IMG/VR virus record: IMGVR_UViG_3300008119_000006 | Length of the DNA stretch: 64,000 nt | Strand: one strand, 5' to 3' | Source of the DNA: a virus | Part shown: positions 28,671 to 37,520 of the stretch, one piece after another | How the letters are laid out: the number at the start of each line of letters is the position of its first letter | Position numbering within the stretch: position 1 is the first letter of the stretch | The notes under the pieces: model-generated | Told to the model about the DNA's origin: nothing | The model's database searches: none | What the model saw: only the letters and a program-made list of their open reading frames with translations | Position numbers and translations under genes: made by a program

Positions 28671-28757
28671 CCACAGATGTGATACCATGGTTAAAATGGT
28701 AAGGGTGTTGCCATCCTTCGGGTACCATGAACCCCGTAAAACTCGCAGTCTACTTTT

Positions 28758-28793
28758 GCTGGTTTTTGACTATAAAATAAAACCAGCTTTTTA
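28758..28793 (+). terminator. putative intrinsic terminator/attenuator
   Basis: GCTGGTTT...AAACCAGC followed by a T-run. Confidence 0.45.
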
Positions 28794-28820
28794 TTATGTT
28801 TAATTTGAAGGAGTATTACA

Positions 28821-29159
28821 ATGGCTTTAACAGTTCGCAAGGGTAAGATTAATCGTCATGAGAAAATCACCCAAGTATTATTAAGTGGCAAACCAGTATC
28901 ACCTCAGGAAATTGCTGATGTATTCAAAGGCACAAACCAAGAGGCAGTATTGTATCGCCTATCAACCAACATTTACAATATTCGTAAAGACGGTGGTATT
29001 GTAAAAGTTATCAAACAAGGCCGTAAAGTTACCGGTTATCAATTGGTTAATAATGACCAGTTCGATGCCAATGGTCGTTTCAAAAGCAATCAACAGTTAC
29101 AGACCAAAGCATCACCTGTAAAACCTGTTGTAGTCCAACAACCAACAGTAACGGCTTAA
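28821..29159 (+). CDS. winged-HTH-like DNA-binding protein
   Basis: ITQVLLSGKPVSPQEIA...LSTNIYNIRKDG..VKVIKQGRKVTGYQL pattern; AAGGAG RBS. Confidence 0.55.
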   Translation: MALTVRKGKINRHEKITQVLLSGKPVSPQEIADVFKGTNQEAVLYRLSTNIYNIRKDGGIVKVIKQGRKVTGYQLVNNDQFDANGRFKSNQQLQTKASPVKPVVVQQPTVTA

Positions 29160-29167
29160 TAGTTTTA

Positions 29168-29331
29168 TGCCATTGCAGCTCGCTGTGAAGCGCCGTAAGT
29201 CGGTGGCACCTTATTAAAGCATATTGTAAGCCATGGGTAATGCAAAGCCTGAGTAACTACCGCAATAGTCTGGTTAATCCGGATGACTCCAGTGAGTGGT
29301 AGCAAATAGTGCAGTATGCTTTAATGAGGTG
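29168..29331 (+). ncRNA. candidate structured RNA
   Basis: Hairpin 29168-29208, then a 20-bp stem 29207-29226/29312-29331 enclosing nested helices. Confidence 0.45.
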
Positions 29332-29508
29332 AGGATATAATATGAAAATTGAAATTGAAGTAATTGAAGAAAATGAAGATGGTTCGGCTGATGCTACTAT
29401 TAACTTTGATAAAGAAGCACTCGCATTGTTGATTCAATGGGGTTTGGTTGCCATGTTAAAAGAATCAGTTAATAATGATTTTTACAATCCAAAGAAAAAG
29501 GTAAAAAA

Positions 29509-29790
29509 ATGAGTGATAGATTTGATTTTGAACAACAGATTCAAAAGTGTTGGTTGGTTACTGATGACATCTATGATTTGTCTGAGGCCATTCTCGAGCG
29601 TGATTTAAGCCATGACCAGATTACCAATGTATTATTTGGTCTGAAAGAAATCAACGAAATTAGATTCAACAAGTTGTGGGAATTATTTGAAGATGTACAT
29701 ATGTCGTTGGTTCGTGAGAATCGTATGTTGAATGAAGAATGTGCTGCATTGCGAGAGCAATTATTAGAAAAAGAAAAGAAGAAAAAATGA
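29509..29790 (+). CDS. hypothetical protein
   Basis: DRFDFEQQI..CW.VTDD motif. Confidence 0.6.
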   Translation: MSDRFDFEQQIQKCWLVTDDIYDLSEAILERDLSHDQITNVLFGLKEINEIRFNKLWELFEDVHMSLVRENRMLNEECAALREQLLEKEKKKK

Positions 29791-30005
29791 AATACATTGC
29801 CAAGCCAAAGTTATTTAATAATACAGGCATGAAAGAATTTGATGATGCTCGTGAGGCAGTCCTATACTTGAACCAGGTGCTGTCTGATAGTGTCGTGAAG
29901 CCTGAGTTGGACTATGTGTTCATTGCACCTAAGGCGTCACCTAAGCAGTTGAAACACGCTATTGAGGAGTATGTTGGTATTGGTAAGTTAATTTGTGTTG
30001 CTTAG
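29787..30005 (+). CDS. hypothetical protein
   Basis: Coupled ORF (ATGA). Confidence 0.5.
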   Translation: MKYIAKPKLFNNTGMKEFDDAREAVLYLNQVLSDSVVKPELDYVFIAPKASPKQLKHAIEEYVGIGKLICVA

Positions 30006-30047
30006 GAACAACATACCACTTGACACCATCCGTGGTTGTGTTACAAT
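29996..30047 (+). promoter_or_regulatory. palindrome + sigma70-type promoter
   Basis: TGTTG-N8-CAACA 29996-30013; TTGACA 30020, TACAAT 30042. Confidence 0.8.
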
Positions 30048-30344
30048 GGTATTTTAGTTGATTAGGAAAATTTATGGATTCTATTTCAAGAAGTGATATT
30101 ATTTTGATGTTATCAGTAAAAGGTTATTTTACTACTGATTCATTAATGAAGAAGTCCGATGAAGAATTGGATAATTTGTATATTGAATATATTGTATTAG
30201 AGGAAGATTATATATGATTAATGTAATTATTGGATTTGTTTTAGGTTTCTTTGTTGCTACAATCGGATTTAGTGGTCTAGCACAAGCATTAGATGAAGGC
30301 ATTGAAACATTAAAAACTATATCAGTTAAAGTGGATACAGGCAA

Positions 30345-30545
30345 ATGACAAATAAGATTGCCGTAAGAATGAACGGTTATCCGTTTGCTTTCTTTAATAC
30401 CGAACAAGAAGCAAATAGGTTTGTTGAAATATTTAAAGTTGAACAGGCTATTAAACTGTCGCAACTTGATTATATTGACCATTCCGTTGCTGTATCAGAG
30501 TTACATGAAGCAAGAGAAGTAATTAACCATATTATGGAGTTATGA
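30345..30545 (+). CDS. hypothetical protein
   Basis: Coupled ORF. Confidence 0.5.
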   Translation: MTNKIAVRMNGYPFAFFNTEQEANRFVEIFKVEQAIKLSQLDYIDHSVAVSELHEAREVINHIMEL

Positions 30546-30772
30546 TGAAAAAAACATTAGTAGTATTATCTTTGTTATCGTTGACCGCTTGTGGTACAAC
30601 ATACACAATTAAAGGTTATACAGGTCCTGAAGTTATGGGTCGAAATGAAGTTATTAATGCTGCAAGAGAATGTGTTCGTGCCAAGATGCGGCCTACAACC
30701 GAATATGTAACACAAAAGGTTGATGGTAGCAAAGTGTTGGTACCCGTTGATGTTCGTTGCGATGCTTATTGA
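30542..30772 (+). CDS. putative lipoprotein
   Basis: Lipobox LTAC. Confidence 0.65.
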   Translation: MMKKTLVVLSLLSLTACGTTYTIKGYTGPEVMGRNEVINAARECVRAKMRPTTEYVTQKVDGSKVLVPVDVRCDAY

Positions 30773-30780
30773 GATTAAAC

Positions 30781-31095
30781 ATGGAATTATTTGAGAATTT
30801 ATCTTCTATTGGTATTACTACCAGAGTATTACAGTTTGCTATTTTGGCAGGCATTATAATCTTTTTGGTCGGTATGTATTGGCGTTTTGTTGTGACTGGC
30901 GTAGGCATTTTGTTTTGCGTTACTGTATTTGCCATGTCATCAGGAAATAGTTCTACTGAATCAAAGCCTGCGGTCATTGCACCAGAAGATGTTGTGCCAG
31001 CAGAGTTTATTGAAGATTGTATTAAATACAATTTAAATGCAACCAAATCAAGTTGTGAAAATCATTGGCGGGAGAATGGCAATGGCAAAGATTGA
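30781..31095 (+). CDS. membrane protein
   Basis: Two TM helices, C-terminal Cys pair. Confidence 0.55.
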   Translation: MELFENLSSIGITTRVLQFAILAGIIIFLVGMYWRFVVTGVGILFCVTVFAMSSGNSSTESKPAVIAPEDVVPAEFIEDCIKYNLNATKSSCENHWRENGNGKD

Positions 31096-31312
31096 TGATG
31101 GTATGTTAGAACATTTATCTGAAGATATTGATAATGCTTTAATTAAATGGCTGACTACATATGAAGTGCCTGGATTAAATTTAACTGCCGTTATGCTGGC
31201 AAGATTAACACACTTGGCCAAACAAGGAAATTATACTGATGATTTTCTTAGATTATTAGAAGCACCTAAAGATATTGTTGAAAACGAAAAAATAAAACCA
31301 CAGGTACATTAA
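31076..31312 (+). CDS. hypothetical protein
   Basis: GGGAG RBS. Confidence 0.5.
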   Translation: MAMAKIDDGMLEHLSEDIDNALIKWLTTYEVPGLNLTAVMLARLTHLAKQGNYTDDFLRLLEAPKDIVENEKIKPQVH

Positions 31313-32187
31313 TGAAAATTGCATTAGCCTCAGATATCCATTTAGAATTTGGGGACCTTTTCTTAAAGAATGAGGAAAATGCTGACGTTCTTGTTTTGAG
31401 TGGTGATATTTGCACAGCAAAACAATTTAAACACAAGCCAAAAGAAAGAATGATGGTTAAAGATTTCTTTAAGCGGTGTGCATTTCAATTTCCTCATGTT
31501 GTGTATATCATGGGTAATCACGAGCACTATAATTTTGATATTGCTAACACCTACGATAGGTTAAAAGCTGAATTGGCCGATTTGCCAAACATTCATTTGC
31601 TTGAGAAAGAAACATGGGAACACAATAGTGTGACCTTTGTTGCTGGTACATTATGGACTGATATGAACAAAGATGATCCATTGACCTTGTGGCATTGCGG
31701 CAAAGGTATGAGTGATTTTAGTGTGATTACAAATAGTAATCGTATGGTTCAACACAAGAGAAATGTTTACCATGAGAGTGAGCGAAATGAAGATGGTACT
31801 TTAATTGTTAAAGCTGTGGATCATTATCAATCGCCGTCTAAGTGGTCAGTAGAAGATTCTGTGGAAGACCATAAGAAAATGTTAGACTTCATTAACATTG
31901 TAACACAAGATAAGACAAAATGTTATGTAGCAGTAACACATCATGCGCCATCACCAATTAGTATTGCTGAGTGTTACAAAGGTGATACACTAATGAATGG
32001 TGCCTTTGCATCTGATTTATCCGATTTTATTTTAGATAGACCACAGATTAAATTGTGGACTCACGGTCATATGCACAATGTATCGGATTATATGGTTGGT
32101 GACACCAGAGTTGTTTGTAATCCAAGAGGTTATGTGAAGCACGAACAAAGAGCAAAAGACTTTGAATTAAAATATATGGAGATTTAA
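31312..32187 (+). CDS. calcineurin-like metallophosphoesterase
   Basis: SDIHLE, GDI, GNHEH, THHAP, HGHMH, NPRGY. Confidence 0.88.
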   Translation: MKIALASDIHLEFGDLFLKNEENADVLVLSGDICTAKQFKHKPKERMMVKDFFKRCAFQFPHVVYIMGNHEHYNFDIANTYDRLKAELADLPNIHLLEKETWEHNSVTFVAGTLWTDMNKDDPLTLWHCGKGMSDFSVITNSNRMVQHKRNVYHESERNEDGTLIVKAVDHYQSPSKWSVEDSVEDHKKMLDFINIVTQDKTKCYVAVTHHAPSPISIAECYKGDTLMNGAFASDLSDFILDRPQIKLWTHGHMHNVSDYMVGDTRVVCNPRGYVKHEQRAKDFELKYMEI

Positions 32188-32850
32188 ATGAAAGTATACA
32201 TGAATGGTTATCCAGACACTTGGTTGTCACCATACACCATTATTGACTATGTGTTCTTTTGGACAAATTGGTCAAAGTGTTCACGCAACAAACAAATTAT
32301 TGCTGATGAAAAATGGATTGACCATCCTGCATGGGTTGAAAAGGTCGTACCACTATTGAATCCATTTTGTAATGCATTACAAAAGGTTCGTGAGGTAATC
32401 AGTCCACAAATTCGTTATGTGAAGATTGACCGATACGATACATGGTCAATGGATCATACCTTGGCTTACATCATTCACCCTATGTTAGTTCAATTAAATG
32501 AAACTAAACACGGCGCACCTTATACTGATGATGAAGATGTACCAGAACACCTGCGTAGTCATATGGCAGAACCAAAAGAGAATGAATGGGACACCGATAG
32601 TTTGCATTTCATGCGTTGGGATTGGATTCTCAATGAAATGATTTGGGCATTTGAACAAGAACTTAAAGACGATGATGAACACCAATTCTTTGACCATTCT
32701 GAATGTGGTGATGAAAAATTCCCATGGAATGAAAATGGTCAATATGTAAGTAAAGTTAAAGTAGACCGTGAAGGTTTAGAAGCACATCAAAAGCGTAAAG
32801 CAAACGGCTTTAAGTTATTTGGTAGTTATTACAAAAATTTGTGGGACTAA
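32188..32850 (+). CDS. conserved phage hypothetical protein
   Basis: IDRYDTWSMDHTLA...WDWILNEMIWAF...LFG.YY..LWD. Confidence 0.7.
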   Translation: MKVYMNGYPDTWLSPYTIIDYVFFWTNWSKCSRNKQIIADEKWIDHPAWVEKVVPLLNPFCNALQKVREVISPQIRYVKIDRYDTWSMDHTLAYIIHPMLVQLNETKHGAPYTDDEDVPEHLRSHMAEPKENEWDTDSLHFMRWDWILNEMIWAFEQELKDDDEHQFFDHSECGDEKFPWNENGQYVSKVKVDREGLEAHQKRKANGFKLFGSYYKNLWD

Positions 32851-32851
32851 T

Positions 32852-33103
32852 ATGATACCTTATTATTATCTCTGGCAGGCCAAGAAGTCATTGGAAGGTG
32901 CCAAGAAAACTATTGAATTGATGGGTGATTCTTCCAATTATATGTTAGAGGCACAGAAAGATATGCTCGAGTTAGAAGTGGAACATTTCCGTGAAACATC
33001 AAGAAAGTTTACCGTTTTTCTGTTGACTTTATTGGTATTCTGTGTTAGCCTAGGTTACTCAATTAATAAGGGGTTTATTGATGTTTACAAAATTATTGGA
33101 TAA
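32852..33103 (+). CDS. hypothetical membrane protein
   Basis: C-terminal TM. Confidence 0.5.
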   Translation: MIPYYYLWQAKKSLEGAKKTIELMGDSSNYMLEAQKDMLELEVEHFRETSRKFTVFLLTLLVFCVSLGYSINKGFIDVYKIIG

Positions 33104-33329
33104 AATCAAATCAATTAATGTTGCTGGTTATTTCATTGGCATAATTATTGGTTCATTTATAATTGCTGGTGTTTCTTTCTTTGTGGAGAATCCACCATTA
33201 CAAGAATATAAAGATGGTATTCAAAACCGTTTAGTTTGGAATATTAAAGGTGAGTGTTACTTTGTAAGACCTGCCACCAATACAGTATATTTAATTCGTG
33301 TTCAAGATTGTGATAAAGGAATCAAGTAA
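33081..33329 (+). CDS. hypothetical membrane protein
   Basis: N-terminal TM; LVW..KGECYFVRP. Confidence 0.55.
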   Translation: MFTKLLDKIKSINVAGYFIGIIIGSFIIAGVSFFVENPPLQEYKDGIQNRLVWNIKGECYFVRPATNTVYLIRVQDCDKGIK

Positions 33330-33504
33330 TGACTAATAAAGATTTTTGCCTAAGTAAAGAGTCCAAAAGGATCCTATCAGGCCTACCTACTGATAAGCGA
33401 GGTCATTGGAAGAAGATGTTGATTGAAGCAGAAGTATCCGAAAAACGAGCCAAGATGGCTAAATTAAGTGGGACGAAATCCCAATCAAACCAAGGAGATG
33501 AGTG

Positions 33505-33783
33505 ATGGCATTATTTGTTGAAGTTACATCGAAAGAAAAGATGTGTAAAGTTATTATTAATTTGGATCAAATTGTAGAAGTTGCTCCTTTAAAGAGTGGT
33601 GGTTGTGATTTGTTCTTTAATGATGCGGCCGCAGTTGGTGGTACCCGTGTTATGAAGGTAGAAGATTCATATACACAGTTCCAACAATTTGCTATGCAGA
33701 CAGTATCGAGTGAAGATATTGCCGCACGTCTAAAATCTTTAAAGAAAAATATTGCAGTTGACTTGGATATTCCAAAACTATGA
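33505..33783 (+). CDS. hypothetical protein
   Basis: AAGGAG RBS. Confidence 0.55.
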   Translation: MALFVEVTSKEKMCKVIINLDQIVEVAPLKSGGCDLFFNDAAAVGGTRVMKVEDSYTQFQQFAMQTVSSEDIAARLKSLKKNIAVDLDIPKL

Positions 33784-34031
33784 GCAAGTTTACATTTATC
33801 TGTGAAGATGAACCAATGCCATTTGCTGATGCAATCGTCACCAAAAAAACATTTGAGTTTAATGCTGACTGTTTAGATAGTGTCATTGGTGAATTTGAAA
33901 CCTTTTTACGTGGTTGTGGTTTTCACCTTGAAGGTAATTTAGAATTTGTAGGTGAACCTCTCGGTAAAAAATATTCAAATGGTCGTGATGACTTGGACAT
34001 GTATACCGAAAGTATATTTGACAAGAAGTGA
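33780..34031 (+). CDS. hypothetical protein
   Basis: FETFLRGCGF motif. Confidence 0.6.
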   Translation: MSKFTFICEDEPMPFADAIVTKKTFEFNADCLDSVIGEFETFLRGCGFHLEGNLEFVGEPLGKKYSNGRDDLDMYTESIFDKK

Positions 34032-34312
34032 ACGATTTATTTTATAATGTGTTTGGTTGGATAAGTGACGATTGGAAATCAAATAAACTCCGCTTTGTTG
34101 TGGAGTTATTGGCATGGGCAATTAGCATTGGTTGTGCTCTCGCAATGGCTCTTACAGTACCCAACCCACCGTTACTCATATTATATCCAATTTGGATTCT
34201 TGGTTGCGCCATGTATGCTTGGGCTGCTTATACTAGGAAATCAGTTGGTATGTTGGCTAACTATCTTCTGCTCGTAACTATTGATATTGTCGGCTTAATG
34301 AGAATGTTATAA
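34028..34312 (+). CDS. small multi-TM membrane protein
   Basis: Three hydrophobic helices. Confidence 0.65.
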   Translation: MNDLFYNVFGWISDDWKSNKLRFVVELLAWAISIGCALAMALTVPNPPLLILYPIWILGCAMYAWAAYTRKSVGMLANYLLLVTIDIVGLMRML

Positions 34313-34327
34313 TATATTGGAATAATT

Positions 34328-34993
34328 ATGGTAAAAAAAGCAAAAGTAGTTGGTGAAGTTTCTGAAAACACCAACGAATTAAAAAGTGAGCAAGTACAAC
34401 TTTACGGCGCCAATTATTTTTGTAGTAGCATCTACTCTTTGATTGAACCAAAGTTTCTTGATACACTAAGAAAAGTATCTAAACTATATCTTGATGAATC
34501 AAAGAAAAAAGTTAAACTAGATAAAACTTTTCCTATTGCTCAAGGTGACAATATGTTTACTGATCCAAGGATTAGTGACTTTGTTGGTTTTGTGAGTGGT
34601 GCTGCACATCAAGTATTGCTCTCGCAAGGTTACAATGTAACCGGTTTTAAAATGGTATATACTGAAATGTGGGCTCAAGAACACCACACAGGTTCTGGCC
34701 ACGAAGAACACATTCACGGCATGGGTAATCAAATATCTGGATTTTATTTCCTTGATACCCCAAAAGATGGACCGAGAGTTGTGTTTCATGATCCAAGACC
34801 TGCTAAAGTTTATGCCAATTTACCTGAAATGGATATTACTCAAGCAACGATTGCAAGCAACATGATAAACTATACGCCTGAACCTGGTTTGATGATTCTA
34901 ACTAATTCTTGGTTGCCACACACCATTCAAAGAAATCCAAGTAAACAACCATTAAGATTAATTCATTTTAATTTGGCCATAACAAACGCATGA
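34328..34993 (+). CDS. putative 2OG-Fe(II) oxygenase (TIGR02466-like)
   Basis: W.Q..., HEEHIH, ISGFYFL, F.DPRP, SWLPH, R.LIHFN. Confidence 0.8.
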   Translation: MVKKAKVVGEVSENTNELKSEQVQLYGANYFCSSIYSLIEPKFLDTLRKVSKLYLDESKKKVKLDKTFPIAQGDNMFTDPRISDFVGFVSGAAHQVLLSQGYNVTGFKMVYTEMWAQEHHTGSGHEEHIHGMGNQISGFYFLDTPKDGPRVVFHDPRPAKVYANLPEMDITQATIASNMINYTPEPGLMILTNSWLPHTIQRNPSKQPLRLIHFNLAITNA

Positions 34994-35235
34994 ACAAATA
35001 TCATATTCGTTTTAACAAATCAAAAGGCCAACCAGGTCGTGGCGGTAAAGACCATGCGTGGCGTGTATTTGAAAATGGTGATGAGTTTATTTTTAAAAAT
35101 GTAAAGATTAATGTGCCATCACAATCAGAACGATCCGGCAATGAATTTGGTGATGACTGGAATATTGCTTGTGAAGGTTATATGACAATAGATGAAAAAA
35201 CATCTACTGCAACTATTAATAAGGTGAAGAAGTGA
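34990..35235 (+). CDS. hypothetical protein
   Basis: IRFNKSKGQPGRG..DH.WRVFE. Confidence 0.6.
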   Translation: MNKYHIRFNKSKGQPGRGGKDHAWRVFENGDEFIFKNVKINVPSQSERSGNEFGDDWNIACEGYMTIDEKTSTATINKVKK

Positions 35236-35822
35236 ATATATTTTATCTAGATAATGATCCTGTGAAGTGTGCTCAAATGCACGTTGATAAGCACGTTTGC
35301 AAAATGGTAATTGAGTATGCTCAGTTGCTTTCCACAACACATCGTGTACTTGACGGTGAAGAATACCGTAGACTTTCTGCCAATAACCGTTCAATCAAGG
35401 CATGGCGACTACCTGATGGTCGTGAAGAACGCCTCATGAAGCCTACAATGATGAACCACCCATCCGCCATATGGTTACGCCAATCTGATAAGAACTATGT
35501 ATGGTTATACAATATGTGGTGCGAACTACTAAAAGAATTCACCTATCGTTATGGCAAAACTCATGCTTGTGCTCGATTAATACCAGACCTTGCGGTACTG
35601 CCTACAAATATTCCACATAAACCGTTTACTGGTCCTACACCTGCTATGCCTGATGAATGTAAAGTACCAGGCAATTCATTACAATCTTACCATAACTATT
35701 ACAATATGAGCAAAGGTCATTTGTGGTCATGGAAAGGTAAGATAAATAGTAGGCCAGTACCAAAATGGTTGATTAATATGAGAATGAAGGATTTGCCAGT
35801 ATGCCGACCTACACCTTTGTAA
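35232..35822 (+). CDS. pyrimidine-dimer DNA glycosylase / DenV-like protein
   Basis: MNIFYLD..P..CAQ.H.DKHV.KM..EYAQLLST, NHPSAIW, YRYGKTH. Confidence 0.8.
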   Translation: MNIFYLDNDPVKCAQMHVDKHVCKMVIEYAQLLSTTHRVLDGEEYRRLSANNRSIKAWRLPDGREERLMKPTMMNHPSAIWLRQSDKNYVWLYNMWCELLKEFTYRYGKTHACARLIPDLAVLPTNIPHKPFTGPTPAMPDECKVPGNSLQSYHNYYNMSKGHLWSWKGKINSRPVPKWLINMRMKDLPVCRPTPL

Positions 35823-36079
35823 ATAAAGAAACAAATGAACGTGAAGAACACCGTATGTCCTATACCGTGTTGGACCAATTCAAGGTCGACAATCCCCAAC
35901 TAGAACAGCATATCTTTCTTGAAAACTTTCCTGTGTACTCCGATGGTAACCGTTTGTCTGTACCAGGTATTGGTAAACCAGAATCGGCGTTTGAGAAGTA
36001 TGTTATCAACCGTATGAAAGAAACTATTCCTGGTAATACAATGGGTGGTCATAAAACAAAGACACCTAGAGAATGGTAA
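35801..36079 (+). CDS. FmdB-like small regulatory protein
   Basis: MPTYTF.NKET.E..E..MS....D.F...NP. Confidence 0.6.
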   Translation: MPTYTFVNKETNEREEHRMSYTVLDQFKVDNPQLEQHIFLENFPVYSDGNRLSVPGIGKPESAFEKYVINRMKETIPGNTMGGHKTKTPREW

Positions 36080-36190
36080 TCAATAATCTTCCTGTTTTAC
36101 TCACCTACAAAGGAGTCAAATTTGATAACAAAATTGCCCCCGTAGTAAAAGCTCAAAACCTATCCGATAACAATAACAATGGGGATTACA

Positions 36191-36340
36191 ATGAGCAAAA
36201 AAAGAGGAATGTCCAAACAACAGCGGCTGTATTACGAATATCAAAACAAGGACAGAGTAAAGCAAGAACTAATTGAATATGTCAAACAAGTAAAAGAGTT
36301 TGAAAACCGTAAAGAACCACAATTTAGGTATAGAGAATAA
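36191..36340 (+). CDS. small basic protein (49 aa)
   Basis: MSKKRGMSKQQRLYYEY...; GGGGA RBS. Confidence 0.45.
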   Translation: MSKKRGMSKQQRLYYEYQNKDRVKQELIEYVKQVKEFENRKEPQFRYRE

Positions 36341-36937
36341 ATGATACCCGATATATTATGTGTCAACAATTTCTTTGATGACCCACACAAAATTGTTGAA
36401 TTGGCCAAAAAACAAAAATATTATCTAACAAAAGATAACCCATCGATGACCAATCCAAAGTTTGGTTATAGTGGTATAAGAACATTACACATTTCTGATA
36501 TATTAAGTGAAGAATTGTGTTATGAATTAAATAATAAGATAGTATCCAAACTCTTTAAAGACAGCGTACCGTCCAAAATTAAATTACAATCCATATGTTT
36601 GTTTCATTGTTTATTTGATACCCATATACCAAATAATTCTTGGGTACACAAAGACACCTCTTTATATTCTGGTTTAATTTATTTAAATGAAAACTTTGTG
36701 GATAAATTTAATAATCATGGAACAAAAATATACAGAAATGGTGAAGAAACCAACATTAGTTATGAATTCAATAAAATGATATTGTATCGTGGAGATTATT
36801 TTCATTCTCCCAATTTTGGTTTTGGCCAAAGCATTGATGATTGTAGATTAAGCCTTAATTTTTTCATTAATGAAATTAATATTGATATGAAAAATTTGAA
36901 TCGTGTGAAAGAAAAACATTATGATTACGAAACATGA
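36341..36937 (+). CDS. putative 2OG-Fe(II) oxygenase (DUF6445-like)
   Basis: NNFFDDP, WVHKD (HxD), GLIYL, FNKMILY, YFHS, RLSLNFF. Confidence 0.75.
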   Translation: MIPDILCVNNFFDDPHKIVELAKKQKYYLTKDNPSMTNPKFGYSGIRTLHISDILSEELCYELNNKIVSKLFKDSVPSKIKLQSICLFHCLFDTHIPNNSWVHKDTSLYSGLIYLNENFVDKFNNHGTKIYRNGEETNISYEFNKMILYRGDYFHSPNFGFGQSIDDCRLSLNFFINEINIDMKNLNRVKEKHYDYET

Positions 36938-37493
36938 GTGGTGGTCAACTCCCGTTTGGGAAATAGACACTGGTTTAAACTATCTTTTTAATGATAAATT
37001 ATTGGAAGAATTGAATGGTACGATACCAAAAAATTCACGCACTAACCTATGGGAATATTCAACTCCGTGCTTGAATATTTTAAAAGATAAAATATTTGAA
37101 TCTTTGGATAACACGGTAACTGAATACTTTCCAGACTTTTACCCTTACAATCCATGTATTATGTTTGGCTGGATTAATGAAAATCTTAAAGGTGTGGGTA
37201 ACCCACTACATGACCATGGAGGTTCATTATTAACCTGTACTTACTATGTTAAATCTCCGGCCGATTGTGGTGATTTGTTATTGGTTGACCCTAGAGGTGG
37301 TGTAAATTGGGAATGGTTGGAAGATGGTGGTATTCGTGGCATTAAATACAAAAGAGTTAAGCCGAAAGAGGGTAAATTGGTGTTATTTCCGGCATATGTT
37401 TTACATGAGGTTGAGAAAAATATGTCGGATGACAAAAGGATTAGTATTACTACAAATATACATAATGGATCAGTATCAAATATTAGTAGATAA
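36921..37493 (+). CDS. putative 2OG-Fe(II) oxygenase (TIGR02466-like)
   Basis: HDH, YYV, DPRG, LFPAYVLHEV, RISITTN. Confidence 0.82.
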   Translation: MITKHEWWSTPVWEIDTGLNYLFNDKLLEELNGTIPKNSRTNLWEYSTPCLNILKDKIFESLDNTVTEYFPDFYPYNPCIMFGWINENLKGVGNPLHDHGGSLLTCTYYVKSPADCGDLLLVDPRGGVNWEWLEDGGIRGIKYKRVKPKEGKLVLFPAYVLHEVEKNMSDDKRISITTNIHNGSVSNISR

Positions 37494-37496
37494 ATA
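37490..37496 (+). promoter_or_regulatory. putative T4-type late promoter
   Basis: ATAAATA 24 nt upstream of ATG 37521 (AAGGA RBS). Confidence 0.5.
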
Positions 37497-37520
37497 CCTC
37501 ATTAATTTAAGGAATTGTAA

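Noticed and set aside
10866-30013. Palindrome as a LexA/CRP/FNR box or as CRISPR repeats
   Set aside because: Half-sites and spacing do not match these consensus sites, and the copies are dispersed rather than arrayed
36073-36276. 67-aa ORF from the track
   Set aside because: Weak start; the overlapping 36191-36340 frame has a better RBS and couples to the next gene
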